51,012 bases of DNA, taken from contig NC_068982.1 in NCBI RefSeq assembly GCF_001194135.2, positions 52,602,856 through 52,653,867 on the forward strand. The letters run 5' to 3'. Each line of letters starts with the position of its first letter. Within the stretch, counting starts at the first letter, position 1. Position numbers and translations under genes: made by a program. Shown here one piece after another: positions 50,590 through 51,012 of the stretch. Below the pieces are notes generated by a model, which saw nothing but the letters and a program-made list of their open reading frames with translations, was not told the DNA's origin and made no database searches. Source of the DNA: Octopus bimaculoides. Its lineage: Eukaryota.

Positions 50590-50835
50590 ACTCAATTTCA
50601 TTTCAAGATTTCTTGCCAGTAGAGAAAGAGTCGGTTTCTAACCTAGATCCAAGACTTCTTTACTGGAATTTAAACATCAACAGAGTATTTTTGTATGTAT
50701 GTATGTATGTTATCAATCAGTTTCATTTCTGTATTTCTTGTCCATAGAGAAAGAGCCGGACTCTAACATAGATTCAAGGCTCCTTCATTGGAACTTTTAT
50801 CAACATCATCTAGGTATTTGTGCATATGTATGTGT
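50590..50835 (+). repeat. Two diverged tandem ~125 bp units each ending in (TATG)n
   Basis: agagaaagagtcggtttctaacctagatccaagac vs agagaaagagccggactctaacatagattcaaggc. Confidence 0.8.
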
Positions 50836-50988
50836 GTGTGCAGTATTTGGTGTTAGTGTATGCGCAGATTTGTGTTTGTTTTATGGATGCGTTTTTGTGT
50901 CTAGATGCATGCATATGTATTTATGTGCTAAATTTTTGGAAAGTTTTACATATCCTTACAGTTCCATTGATGGCTTGAATCTGTGGTC

Positions 50989-51012
50989 TTCTAATCAGCC
51001 TTTTTCTTTCAG
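50989..51012 (+). other. Canonical 3' splice site at the window end
   Basis: Branch-like ctaat, pyrimidine tract cctttttcttt, terminal cag. Confidence 0.55.

Overview
Eukaryotic, AT-rich genomic DNA, dense in microsatellites and SINEs. The SINE families and simple-repeat load look like an octopus (coleoid cephalopod) short-read assembly; this is inferred from recalled repeat consensuses and not verified. There are six N-gaps, most bordered by (TA)n. No prokaryotic features, CRISPR arrays or RNA genes are supportable, and most of the ORF track is microsatellite or N artefact. Well-supported content: (1) a decayed Ty3/Gypsy pol with integrase BEFORE RT-RNaseH (Gmr1-like order) at 27.7-30.8 kb; (2) an antiparallel Tx1/L1-clade LINE at 30.9-33.1 kb that is a chimera of two diverged copies; (3) an internally deleted mariner interrupted by a SINE at 45.7-46.3 kb; (4) two TA-flanked MITEs around a SINE-in-SINE cluster at 48.2-49.4 kb; (5) about 27 copies of three tRNA-derived SINE families, mostly on the + strand. 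A host gene is only suggested: a candidate first coding exon at 15908-16296 (+), T/G-rich skew on +, and a canonical 3' splice site exactly at the window end. I found no clearly novel biological system. The most unusual items are the Gmr1-order element, the in-frame LINE chimera and a cluster of interlocking perfect palindromes at 23126-23196.
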